Shown here in pieces: positions 22,901 to 34,737 of a stretch of DNA of 64,000 bases. This DNA is from Asterias rubens. Its lineage: Eukaryota. Within the stretch, counting starts at the first letter, position 1, and every line of letters starts with the position of its first letter. The position numbers were made by a program, and so were the translations under genes. The stretch spans positions 1,488,001-1,552,000 of the forward strand of contig NC_047082.1 of the NCBI RefSeq assembly GCF_902459465.1. Direction: 5' to 3'. Below the pieces are notes generated by a model, which saw only the letters and a program-made list of their open reading frames with translations, was not told the DNA's origin and ran no database searches.

Positions 22901-25900
22901 GATTGTTTTGAATAAGTCGACTTAGCTAGATAAAATATGTCGGTAAGTTAACTTATACCACGAAATAAGTCGTCTTGATGAGATAAATTATGTCAGTATC
23001 TCAATAAGTGGGATGGCACTCATGGAGCTCCGTAGGTATGGGCAGTAGAGGAGTGATAAATTCTAAAACGCACATGTTGTATGATTAGTTTCAAAAGAAA
23101 GAATCATTGTTGTCGGCAAGTGTTTTAAAATTAAAATTGGTTTCATTAATGTGTTCTATCGCCCTCTATTGATGAAATAAGACTTGTGAGACGTTAGGCT
23201 GTTTACCGCGAGGGTAATGACAATACGCATGTAGGCCTAGTTTAACGGCGAATCTCATGAAGGCCATATGAATGATGTCAGGTCAAAGGTGATTATGGAC
23301 GTGGGCTCAACCTGAAGTGTGACGTCAGAGTGTTCAGGCCAAACCGCCTCCTTGCGGCGATCTCATTGGCAAAAAAAATAACATCGACAACCAACAAAAA
23401 TGTTTACGAACTAGAATAGAAAGCACATTTCTATTTAAACTTACCTTTACTTTTAAAGTAAAGAATAACGTCTCAACATTCATTTTCAATATTAATTTGT
23501 TTCGTTTATTGTTATCTCACAAAAAGAACGTACCCCCAACACACTTATTAAAAAGTATCAAATACACAGATGTGCTCTACAGTCCCCCGGTCCCTCAGGG
23601 TATGACCTCAGCAAGAACTCTACGAAGTTTTGACAGGGCTTTCCTTCCTCTGTGAAGATCTGGAACAGCCTACCATCAGTCCATTATCAGTTATTTCAGA
23701 CATTACTTGCCACCAGGGCATGCAGTCATTCAAATGTAGAGTAAATAAATACCTTAAGTAATGTCCTGTTTTACGGCAATTATGATTGCAGTGTGATGCT
23801 AATTGTTATTTCTCCCATCACTTTTTAGTGACTGAGGCATAGTCCAGTATAAACAATTATCCCTTTTCCCCTTCTTGTTTTTTATTATCGTGGGATGGTC
23901 TGTTGAAATTAGCACTTAGCTATATATCCCTATGGATATTATGCTTGTTTTTTTTCATGTGGTACTCCTTAAAAAAATATATTTAAAAAACAGCTCTGTT
24001 TTCCTCCCCCGTATCGTTTTATGCACTTGCAGTACATTGGTATGCGATTCAACAAACTTGTGCAGTTTTGTTGTTTGTTCATCGGATACGTCTATATGGT
24101 AAGCTCTTTTGATGAGGAAAGTTATCTCAAATTCAAATTTTGTTGGTTAAAAACTTATATCGTTTTCTAAACCACATTACTTCGAAGTGAAACGATTCTA
24201 AAAATGCTTTATACTACCGAAAGCTATGCACATGTAACCATGTAAGTTTTTATTGCCATAAATTTAAGGGCTCGTGATTACCAAACATTATCCCATTCTG
24301 TTATTGAAAACCTTAATGTACTATTTTCCATAGACGATATTTCGAATAATTATATCTTCACCGATAGACAATTTAAATCTTCTTTTTATTGATTCAGTTC
24401 TTTATTTCTGGTCTTGCAACACGTGCGGCATCTTTGGTTATAACAACGGGTGAGTAGTAAAACAAAATCAAATCTCGACGTCCTTTATAGAAGTTAATTT
24501 TGTGTTGTAATAATCTTTTTGTTGTTGGTTTCTTTACTTTTTTTTTAAATGTGTTTGTTTGAATATGTGGAGGGGGTTTATCAGAAAGTAGCATATCATA
24601 GTTTTTTATTCATATATTTAGAGGATACAACAACCTGTTAACAGTTGGGCTTTATACAGTCCGGTTTTTTTTAAGGTTCTTTTTGTGATTCTTTGTTTGC
24701 CGGATTGTCTTGAGTAAATTGAAGTTTATTTATTCATTTTTCTTCAATTGGATTTATTGATGAGTGTTTGATCATGTTTTGTGTATACTGCACTCCTTAT
24801 ATAAAATACTGGGTTCAAATGGGACAGGGCATTCAGTAACATTTCACCCCGCCTCTGGAACTCTCTGCCTCAACATCTCAAGGACACACATGACATCTCT
24901 CGATTCCAACATTCTCTCAAAACCCATCTCTTCAGATTAGCCTATGCAGATATTGAGTGAAGTTCTCTTCTTGTTCTTTGACCAGCGCCTTTGAATGTTT
25001 TACAGATTAAGTGNNNNNNNNNNNNNNNNNNNNNNNNNNNNNNNNNNNNNNNNNNNNNNNNNNNNNNNNNNNNNNNNNNNNNNNNNNNNNNNNNNNNNNN
25101 NNNNNNNNNNNNNNNNNNNNNNNNNNNNNNNNNNNNNNNNNNNNNNNNNNNNNNNNNNNNNNNNNNNNNNNNNNNNNNNNNNNNNNNNNNNNNNNAACAA
25201 TAGAATAAAGCTTTAATATACATATACATGTATTTCAATTTTCGCAGTTACTGGTTCCCGGTTGAGTGTAACATCAGCTGCTATCATTCTATCTGCAGTT
25301 TGTACGTTTTACACCGTCATTGTAAGTAGTTATGGATGAGATTCGTGTAAAGGATCTTCAAAGACTGTAAAGCCGTATGGACTGTGTTCTTGTTGATGTT
25401 GTTGTTGTTGTTGTTACATCACTGTTCTTGTTTACCACAGGGTGGCATGAAAGCTGTGTTGTGGGCCGATGTGTTTCAGATGACATTGATGTTTACATGC
25501 CTAATAGCGGCTGGTGTCCAGACGTCTATCAAGTTGGGCTTTGCTACCGTATGGACGACCAACATGGAAGGTGGAAGATTCAATGAAGTTATGTGAGTGG
25601 CGGAAACTAGACATTGCCCCTCCTCGTGTACATGCTATAGGGGCGTGTCAGAGCTAGTAACTTTAACTGAGGGATGGCAATTTTTTCTCTCCAAATAACA
25701 ACATGACAACGAAAAAGTTGTTTGAAATGCTTGACACAATGCACGTTCGTCACACGCAGCAACATCGCTATCATCGGCAGTGCGCCTTGTATACTTGTCA
25801 GCGAGCAAGGCATACTTGGGACAAATTTCACGGTGAGATCGATCACCCCGAGGACGAGGTTGCACAAGCAAGATTGCCGTGATAGTGACGTTAGGTGATT

Positions 25901-28900
25901 TATTAAAGTCACAACTCTTTGCTTTACTCGGCCTTATCATATGTTCTTGTTATTTAGTGTAACAAGTATCATCAACTTTAATGCATAGTCCTATATTTTC
26001 TATTATCAACTTTAATGCATAGTCCTATATTTTCTATCATCAACTTTAATGCATAGTCCTATTATTTTCTATCATCAACTTTAATGCATAGTCCTATATT
26101 TTCTATGAATCAGTTTCGATTCTGACCCACGAATCTTTGTGAGTTTCTGGAGTGTGGTGATTGGTGGAATCCTAACCTGGCTGACCCTACTCACTGTACT
26201 GCCACATCAAATGCAACGATATAACAGTTGTAAGACTCAGGCGCACGCTCATGGGTAAGTATTTACTTCCATATGGTTAAACTTTTAAAAGTTGTTGCTT
26301 CAAGCACGCTTATTGGTCGCATGACGTACTTCCTGAACATCAACATTATGTACATCAAAAGTTGGCAACTAAAACACAAAATAATATAAAGCATGGACAA
26401 TTTGAGATTAAAACCAGTTTTAGGAGTGTGCTGCTATACACACTCCCTATACTCTACGCATGTCAAAACCTCTTTCCCAGTTTGCTGCATGCAAGACAAA
26501 TTAATTGTTACCACGCTCTTCATGAAGTTGTTTCAATCATTTCAAACAAAACCTAATCCTTTTTATGACCAATCAGTGCTTTTGCCTTCTACATCGTCTT
26601 GTGTAACGCAATCACTTTGTTCTGCACTCTGGCCGGAATGGCAATGTACGCCATCTACGTCGACTGTGATCCAATCTCTTCAGGAAAGCTTAGCGACCCG
26701 GACGGGGTAAGTGTAGCTTTAAGGTAGTCTTATTTCAAATATTTACAAGGTAAGGATGATTCACTTAGGGTCGTAGTATGGTTTTTGTCAGCGCAATGCT
26801 TACTCTACCTCCATGGTAAAACCAATTTATGACCATTGCTTGGTGATATATTGTTTTGTTTCAGCTGTTACCATACTACATCTTGGAAGCGTTTCATCAT
26901 CTGCCGGGTATCCCAGGAATTCTAGTGTCTGGTCTGTGCAGTGCTGCTCTCAGGTATACACAGTTGGCGATTTGCAGTAAAACAATCTTTCAGTTGATGC
27001 TAAGTGGAAATAATCAGGGAACCAGTTGCGAACAGTGGGACTAAGTAGTTGGCTGGTGACCTCTTCTGGTTATCACAATTATTGTGCTAAGCAAAATGTT
27101 TGTGTAACATTATGTTATTTTGTTTTCTTGGCAGCACCATATCTTCCATTTTGAACTCAGCAGCAACGGTCACCGTAACACACACTGTTTCTAAAATCTG
27201 GAAGGATTTGCCAGACTCGAGGTACCTTTTTATCACTAGAATAATTGGTAAGCAATAAACCCCCATAGAGGGCGGGTTGTGAAAATAACGTGGACGGCAT
27301 ATGATAAAAGAAAAGGAACATTAGGAACACCGAACAAACCATTTTGCTATTTGGAACGCTTGATTTTATTGTTAGAGCGTTTGATGTGCTTTTCGGAACG
27401 CTCGGTTCGTTTTATAATAAATATAGCGCAAAGTGAGTGCTTGTTGGAACGCTTGATGTTTCTGAATGAAAGAAGTATCCAATCAAGAAGTAATAGCTCG
27501 CGCTGAAAAGTCAGTTTCTGAAGTATTAGCTGATGCCAATGAACAAGAAAGTTCCATTCTAGAACTAAGTCTAGCAAATGGCCCACACAATACAAAACCA
27601 TTACTACACACAAAAATACCGTTTACGGGAGGGGAGGGGATGGTTGTAAATGTGGCTAGGAGTGTCTTCGTTTGAGGTCGTACTTGATTGTAACCCAAAC
27701 TAAACATTCTTTTTGATTTTGTTTATGACAGTGGTACTGTTTGGATGCCTGAACATTGCTGTAACTATTTTTGTTGGAGAGCTGGGTAACTTACTACGGG
27801 TAAGAACTATTGGTGACAGTTGCTAGGAAAACATGTTTAGTTTCCAAATTGTGTTATGAACAATATCCATATTCATACCTTCAATGTTCATTGTTTGGTC
27901 ATACAGGCAGTCATTGGTCTCATTGGCGTGACGAACTCCCCAGTTTGTGCTGTGTTTATTCTGGGGTTCTTTTTCAGACGAGCCAACGCAAAGGTAAGCA
28001 TATAGTCTGGTACCATCGATATGGCTCTGTCAACGTTTTAATTATCTAAAACCCAGTCTCCTTCGTATTTAACTTGTATTGGCTTCTGGTGAACCGATCC
28101 TTGGATTCCATTTTTGGTAATGCATGTGCATATTTAATATGATTAAAATTATTGCCGAAAGAGGGCACACTATCCACACTGCTCATTAGAGGAATAATTT
28201 GATACAATTTTCCCGAAGGCTAAAATGGTACCCTTTCTTTGTCCGCATGTATACGCATGTACGTCGGTTTTGACGCGAATCTCCGGGACCATAAAGGCCA
28301 TACAAATAAATGCGAGGTTAAAGGTGATTATGGACGTAGGCTCTGAGCCGATCTCTGGCGTAATTCATGAGCCTCGAAGTTTGACGTCAGATGTTCAAGC
28401 TGCCCTAACCAAACTGTTTCTTTCCCCCAACCCATCACCACAGGGCACTTTGTCAGATGTTGAGGCTACCCTAAACTTAACTGTTTCTTTTCCCCCATCC
28501 CAAAACTAACCACCACACACAGGGCACGCTGATTGGGTTCGTTCTAGGGACGTCCGTAGGGATCTGGCTGTTTGTTGGCTCTTTGTTCCACCAAGGGCCA
28601 CCCAAGAATCTGGACCTCTCAACTGCAATGTGTCATGATGAGGAAGTCACCTCATTGTCCATGACAAATGACTCATCGACGACAATGATGGCGACGACAT
28701 TATATAATCTTTCTACAGCTGCTGTTCCAGATGTCATTCCCAGGTATGCAAGAAAATTGCATGTTTATAAAAAGCTTCTTTGTGCGCCAATTATGACACT
28801 GATTAAAATTTTGTGGCCAATATGACACTGATTAATTTTGTTTGTCGTCAATATTGTGAGGTTTTCATGTTTTCCCTTTCCTTCAATCTTTCTTGGAAAT

Positions 28901-30655
28901 TGTAAAATTGCCCCCCCCCCCAAAAAAAAAAACACCCACGAGTAATGCTCCTATCTTTAAGAAACACCCAACCTCCTGCAAGTCCATGGTTAAGTTGGAG
29001 CTGAATCTTGTGTCCACTCCGACGCTCTAAGTCACAAAGTGGGGCAGATTAAGGGAGAAATTTGGGGAATTGTGCCGTTAATGATACAATCATGGAGTTA
29101 GGCATGGAATAAGGCTTTATGTCACGATACAAATATTTGGCTACGTGGTGGCCATTGCAGACTTTGATAAAAAACATAGGTAGATAACAAGCAATTTTCA
29201 ATTCCATAATGGCTGTCATTGCTTTTGAAGACCAGATGATTGAAAGAAGAGGACGGCCTACATTTTTTTCAAAGGACAAACTGCGATGGCCCTATAGCCA
29301 ACTCTAGATCTACGTGCGCGAATTCTAAAAAGGCATTAAATGCACAATCTGTTATCCATACCTGAAGTTTGACATTTTCAACAGGTCCTTTGTGATTGAA
29401 CTGTACAATATATCACGCCTATGGTACACAACGATCACTCTGTTGTCAGTATGCATTATCAGCATGGTTGCCAGTCTCATAATGGATGGTACGTATTAAC
29501 ATGATTTAATTGTTCTACTTCTCGCAATCCTCTCTATCGTGCTTTGAAAGGAGACTATACTAGTTCAGTTGCACCCATTAGTCTTTGACTCGTCTTGATT
29601 TATTGTATTTTTGTATAAGCCACCGTTAGAGGGCGCAACATCGCCATAGACCTTTTCGCAAATACCATTGCGCAAGCGCAGACTGTTGAATGAGGTGCAT
29701 TGTGGGATAGATATGGATCAAATTAAATCACCAGCTTGACCACAATGCACTTAATTCCAAGCTGAACGCATCCTTACGGTAACATCACACAAATTATTTT
29801 TTTAAAGAAGATAATGACGACATTTCAGTTGAAGTGGGAAGGAAAACCCCTTAAGGAAAACTCACACAGTCAGATAATAGGGACTGAAAAACCCAAAACC
29901 ACATGTAAGGCTCCAGGCGGTCCGCCGTGTATCCACAGACAGGAACAGTAACGACTGAGGCAATCTGTTGACGTTTGTTTTGCGATCCTATATAGCGATA
30001 TATGGCAAGCCTGAGGTGGATTCGAACCTGCTATGGAGCTGGAAAGACGTCTACTCTTCCAACAACAACAAGACAGAAAATCCAAACCAGGTACTTTAGA
30101 TGGAGTGCATTTTGGCGACCCCAGCCAAAAACTGTTTCGGTTGTTGGTCGTTGGTTCTGCTGTTCAGACTGAACGATAACCGAGTTGTGAGCTCGGTTAC
30201 CGTTTTGGTTATGACGTCAGAAACAGTTTTTGGTTGGGTCGCCAAAACGCACTTCTGAGTTCGTTTCACAATTCAGACCATGTCACCGTTTTCGTTTCCA
30301 AAAAAAGGTAATTATGTTTAATCCCCGTATTGGCATCCTCTTCCGGTCCAAACCGAATGTTGGAGGTCAAATCATTTCCAGGTCCTATTATGAACGGGAG
30401 AGTTTGTGTTGTGGTTCTTGTGTATGAAAGTGTACCTTGACCTTTGCATGTTACTAAAACGTCTGACGTCAACACCATTGTTTGTAACGCCAAACTCTCC
30501 GGATTAATTACGTCACAAACTAGCTATAGGTATCATACATTATCGTGTTTTGTTCATTGTTGCAGACATTTCCGTTTGAGGACAAAAGCGATGTCGGCAA
30601 AGTCGAACAAAGAGTTGATCCTGGAGAGAGTGGCTCATTTTCAACACGTTTTTAA
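19908..30655 (+). CDS. SLC5A8-like: Sodium:solute symporter (SLC5; SMCT/SMVT/NIS clade), about 610 aa, 16 coding exons
   Basis: Exons 19908-20057, 20490-20690, 24033-24098, 24398-24449, 25248-25321, 25441-25592, 26114-26254, 26577-26706, 26865-26953, 27135-27247, 27732-27799, 27907-27993, 28523-28743, 29385-29488, 29996-30090, 30566-30655 join in frame (1833 nt). SSS-family motifs: DYLVFGAML..S..IG.FYA, EFMLASRKM...PVSMSL.A, GGMKAVLWADVFQ, QRY.SC, DCDP, LPY, PG.PG...SG..SAALSTISS..NS. C-terminus is STRF*. The last two exons are less certain. Confidence 0.92.
20698..23032. mobile_element. Foldback-type element, about 2.3 kb, with about 800-bp modular inverted arms built from AAGTCGACTT-cored subrepeats; TA-flanked
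   Basis: The left end TA|CGGAGCTCCAGGAGTGCCATCCCAC mirrors the right end GTGGGATGGCACTCATGGAGCTCCG|TA. Arms at about 20698-21495 and 22215-23032 are reverse complements around a roughly 720-bp unique spacer. Confidence 0.88.
25971..26106. repeat. Four tandem 34-bp units abutting the SLC5 exon-7 acceptor
   Basis: atcaactttaatgcatagtcctatattttctat(t/c) x4. Confidence 0.92.
30109..30253. mobile_element. Hairpin MITE in last SLC5 intron
   Basis: agtgcattttggcgaccccagccaaaaactgtttc / gaaacagtttttggttgggtcgccaaaacgcact. Confidence 0.7.
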
Positions 30656-33600
30656 AAATAGGACAAAGAAAGCAGTCACCTTTGACACCGGACAACATTC
30701 CATCGACTGTTTTGCATATGACGTCACAAGGTCAAGCATTGCACTAAGGTCAAAGACTATTATTGGAGGAGCGCTGCCCGGTGTGCTTGTATACGCGTGC
30801 ACGTTTACGTTATTTGACTTCAGCGCCAAACAATGTCAGACGAGATGGTGCGGGAACTTCGGGCTGGGGATGAGATTATGCGAAAAGTAGGCCTCTTTAA
30901 GGGATGCTACTATATAAATAAGCCTATAATATTATAAACACTTCTTATGAGACATACGATGACGTCATTACATTACTGTGTTTTAATAATACGAATATAG
31001 CTGTGTATTTATTATTCAAGAAACGTTTGAATTACGTTGAACACAACTTGGTGAAAGTATGTGTGGGTGATTGAGTTTTTAAGTAAACCGTAGGTGTTAC
31101 GTGGTGTTGAAAATATTTTTAAAGGATCTTGTTCCACTTACCTCGTTCCTAATCAACCACGCTGTATTTTCAATCTGCACGGAAGATATTTGGTTTATAC
31201 CCGTCAGGAAGGCATCACGACACCCGCTCGGCTATGGGACTTTCAAGGTTCACAATATCAGCGTTTTGTGAGTTTAGTTCTAATTATTTTTATTTAAAGG
31301 ATCCGGGTACTTTTTCAAAATGTCCACAGATTTACTCTAAACTTACGGGGTTTGAAGATAATGATAGTGGAAAGCTTCCCTTGAAATATTACTTACTAAG
31401 GTTGTGTAGTTTTTGAGAAATGAGTAAAACAAGTCACAAAATAATTTTGGTCTCATGAGATCAAAATTATTTTAGCATGTAAAATCCCCTTAACCAGTTA
31501 TGATGTTATACCAAAACCATAGCATAACTGGTTAATACGTTTTTACATGTTAAAACTGAGACGAAAATTATAACTTTTACTCGTTTCTCAAAAACTACAG
31601 CACCTCAGTAAGTAAAATTTCATGGGAAGCTTTCTACTATCATAATCTTCAAACTGTGTAAGTTTAATGTAAATCTGTGGACATTGTGTTTTTTGTTAGG
31701 AAAAAGTACATAGACCCTTTATGGGAACCTTTAAAAGAATTCACATTTTTCTGGGATTTTTTGAGATATTAAATATTTGTATAAAAAACGGTGTAGATTT
31801 TAAGCGGAGTGATACAAAGTTTGGCATTTTATGACTAGTTTTCTTTGTTATACCAAGGTAAAATGGTGAGGTAATTTTGGGATAAATTTTCAGAACTTTA
31901 AAGAATTTTCATTCGGTGTGTGCTCTCTTTTCAATTATTATTTGTTTAAACTTTAAAAAAAAACTCTTTACCCGAAACCTTTTGCGAATTGTCAAAAACT
32001 ATAATAATTTATGCCAAATTTACTGCAAGTATGGAGCCCCTGCTTTCACAATGAAAGAGAGATGAATGCATTCCCCAGATAGTGTATCCCCAGATGACTT
32101 ATAGTTTGTAAATGCGACTCTTGTGTGTAGTACTATGGCAACTAAAAGCAAGGCATTCTGTCTCTCATTATCTGATCTATACTCGATAACCACTCGACAA
32201 AAGACAAATTATTTTGACGTCATCATTTACCAACGCTTTTAGGGATCCATTATTAGTAATTAAACTTCTGGTTGCTGTTAATTTGTTGTTTAATTTTATA
32301 AGACATAATCGTTGAGTATGAGCATGGCTGTAGATATATAATTGATCATTATGCGTGTATGGCTGGACATGATGCGAGCTGAGTAAATATCGCTAATGGA
32401 CCTCAACAGAAAGGGAAAGTCCCTTTTTGGAGGTTGTTTGCATTTAGCAGTGCTCGTTGTAAACAAGCTGTTTTGAACACCAATGTTTAACATTTTGAGT
32501 TTAAAAATAAATCCAAATATTGTGATGAGCGTCCAATCCACTTTTAGATTTCAAAATAAATCTATATATTTCAAATTCAAATTTATAAGATTTAATTTTA
32601 AATTATTGGTAATTACTCAAAATAATTGTTTGCATAAACAAATAACCTGATAATGAACAATTGGGAGCTTTTGACCAATTGAGTCCACATTTCCACAGAT
32701 TTGTTTTCTTCTGTATAATGTTGGGATACACAAAGTGACAACACTGGTCTTTGACAACTACCAAAGGATTCTGGATGGATTTCACAAAGAGTTATGACTA
32801 GTTTACAGTCACCTGGAAGTGGTATTTTTCCAAAATAAAGCTTTTGTTACTAATATATGTGTTTTGATGAGTGGAATGTGAATAAACAGTTAACTAAGGT
32901 TTAAAAAAATCAGTTCTTATGTTATTTACAAATTTAAGAGTAGACCCCGACCCGAGAGGGCGCTGGTTGTGACGTCAATCGAGGCAGACTTTGCCTGTAA
33001 TGCGTAGAGTAAACACAATTGCAAAGTACATAAACGGACCAAGTCGTGAGTTTGTACGTTTCAAAAAAAGTGTTTTTTTCCGGCAATGCCGACCGGGTGT
33101 ATTGCTGCTGAATGCAGAAAAACACTTTTTGAAATGTACCAACTCACGACTTGGACGTACATGTGCTTTGCACGTGTGTTTACTATGCACAGAAAAACAA
33201 CCAGCGAAACCATCACAAAACATTTGCAGTTTGGAAAAAACAATCGATCATGGTAGACAGAACTTTGGAGGGAAGAGACTGCAGTGATTTTTTCTCCTCC
33301 TAGAAGATTAAACAAAAAGTTTTTTTCATGATTGTAATTGCATCCACTGTTTTTGCCTTACAAATCAAGTTACATTTGGTTGTAACTTGGGTTGCACCAT
33401 TGCAGGTTGGCCTACAGGCCTAAAGCAAATTGTTACAAAGACAAATTAGGTTTGGGTGAAGCTAAAAATGCGTATAATGTGTTTATAACTATAGCGAGTT
33501 AAAGTGTTTTAATATTTTATTGGAGTCCAGTTACTTGTTTTGCATGCCCACCTGTTGTCATGCCTCCTGGCTAAGTGACCTACCTATCTCCACTTCTTTG

Positions 33601-34737
33601 ACTTATTGGTCTTGATATTATCCTGCACTTTTGATTTCTTTCGTGTAACTCCTCATTTTGTCACCCTGTCTCACTCCTACCATCTATTTCCATAGCCTTT
33701 TACGAATGTCATTATATGTTTGAAAATTGCTCTAATTGCGAGCTCCCAAGCTTAATAAGTCTTGTATTTTTGAATGTGTAGGCCTATAACATTTTTAAAA
33801 TTATAACGTTAAAATGTTTGCACTTTTTGCTAGCCCTATTGCCATAGTATATTATGATCAGTCACTGTACATTTCGCTATATCATCAATCACTCTAACCG
33901 TAAGTTACTCTTCCAAGTTTGATGCTGAACAGCACTATAATTGGCTCATAAATTGACAATTACCCCCCTACGTTGTCTCCACGGTTACAAATCATGGGGC
34001 ACCCGTTTCCTTTTTGTGAAAAACTGTTGATTAATTTCTGTACTTTGCAAAAGACTATTATTTGGCCTACCCATAATTTATGAGTAGGCCTTACGTGAGC
34101 TGACGAAGGGTCCCCCGTCCTTATATTCGCAAAAGATAAGGACAAGTGTTGGTTTATATGTATACACATGTACGTCGGATTGAACTGTGAATCTCCAGGA
34201 CCATGAAAGCCATGTGAAATAATGCAAGTTCAAAGGTGATTATGGATGTGGGCTCAATGGCAGGGCCGAATTTCATAAAGCCTGTAACTTGCTAAGCACA
34301 GGGAAATCTTGCTTAACAGAAACTGGTTACAGACCAAAATTCTGTAAAGTTTACATTACTGCAACTGGTGCTCCATTTATATTTCGCTTAGCAAAGGAAT
34401 TTGCCAAGCAGTATTTTCTCTTTAACAGCTTTACGAAATTGGGCGCTGATCTATGGCGTAATAATCACGAGCCTCGAAGTGTGACGTCAGATGTTCAGGC
34501 GCAGCCTAATGTGAGTGCTGTAACGTATACCATAAAGTGTTCAAGTGGCGTTGTTTTAGCTATTTATGTGAGGTCCGTTGAGACCAATGCATCTATTGAG
34601 GCGGCTTTAAAAATATAGACTCGGCAAATATTGACCAGAACGGAACAAGTGAAGACCTCGATTGAGTTTTGATTTCCATTTAGATCGTTTCATTTTGCTT
34701 ACGGATGGACCGTGGTTTCCCCACTCTATTCGGCAAG

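Noticed and set aside
20750-22990. CRISPR-like array of short palindromic AAGTCGACTT repeats
   Set aside because: The spacers are three recurring modules rather than unique sequences, there are no cas genes, the location is a eukaryotic intron, and the two arrays are the arms of one inverted repeat.
30444-30890. 148-aa ORF after SLC5
   Set aside because: It overlaps the SLC5 last exon in another frame plus the 3' UTR, with no recognisable motif.
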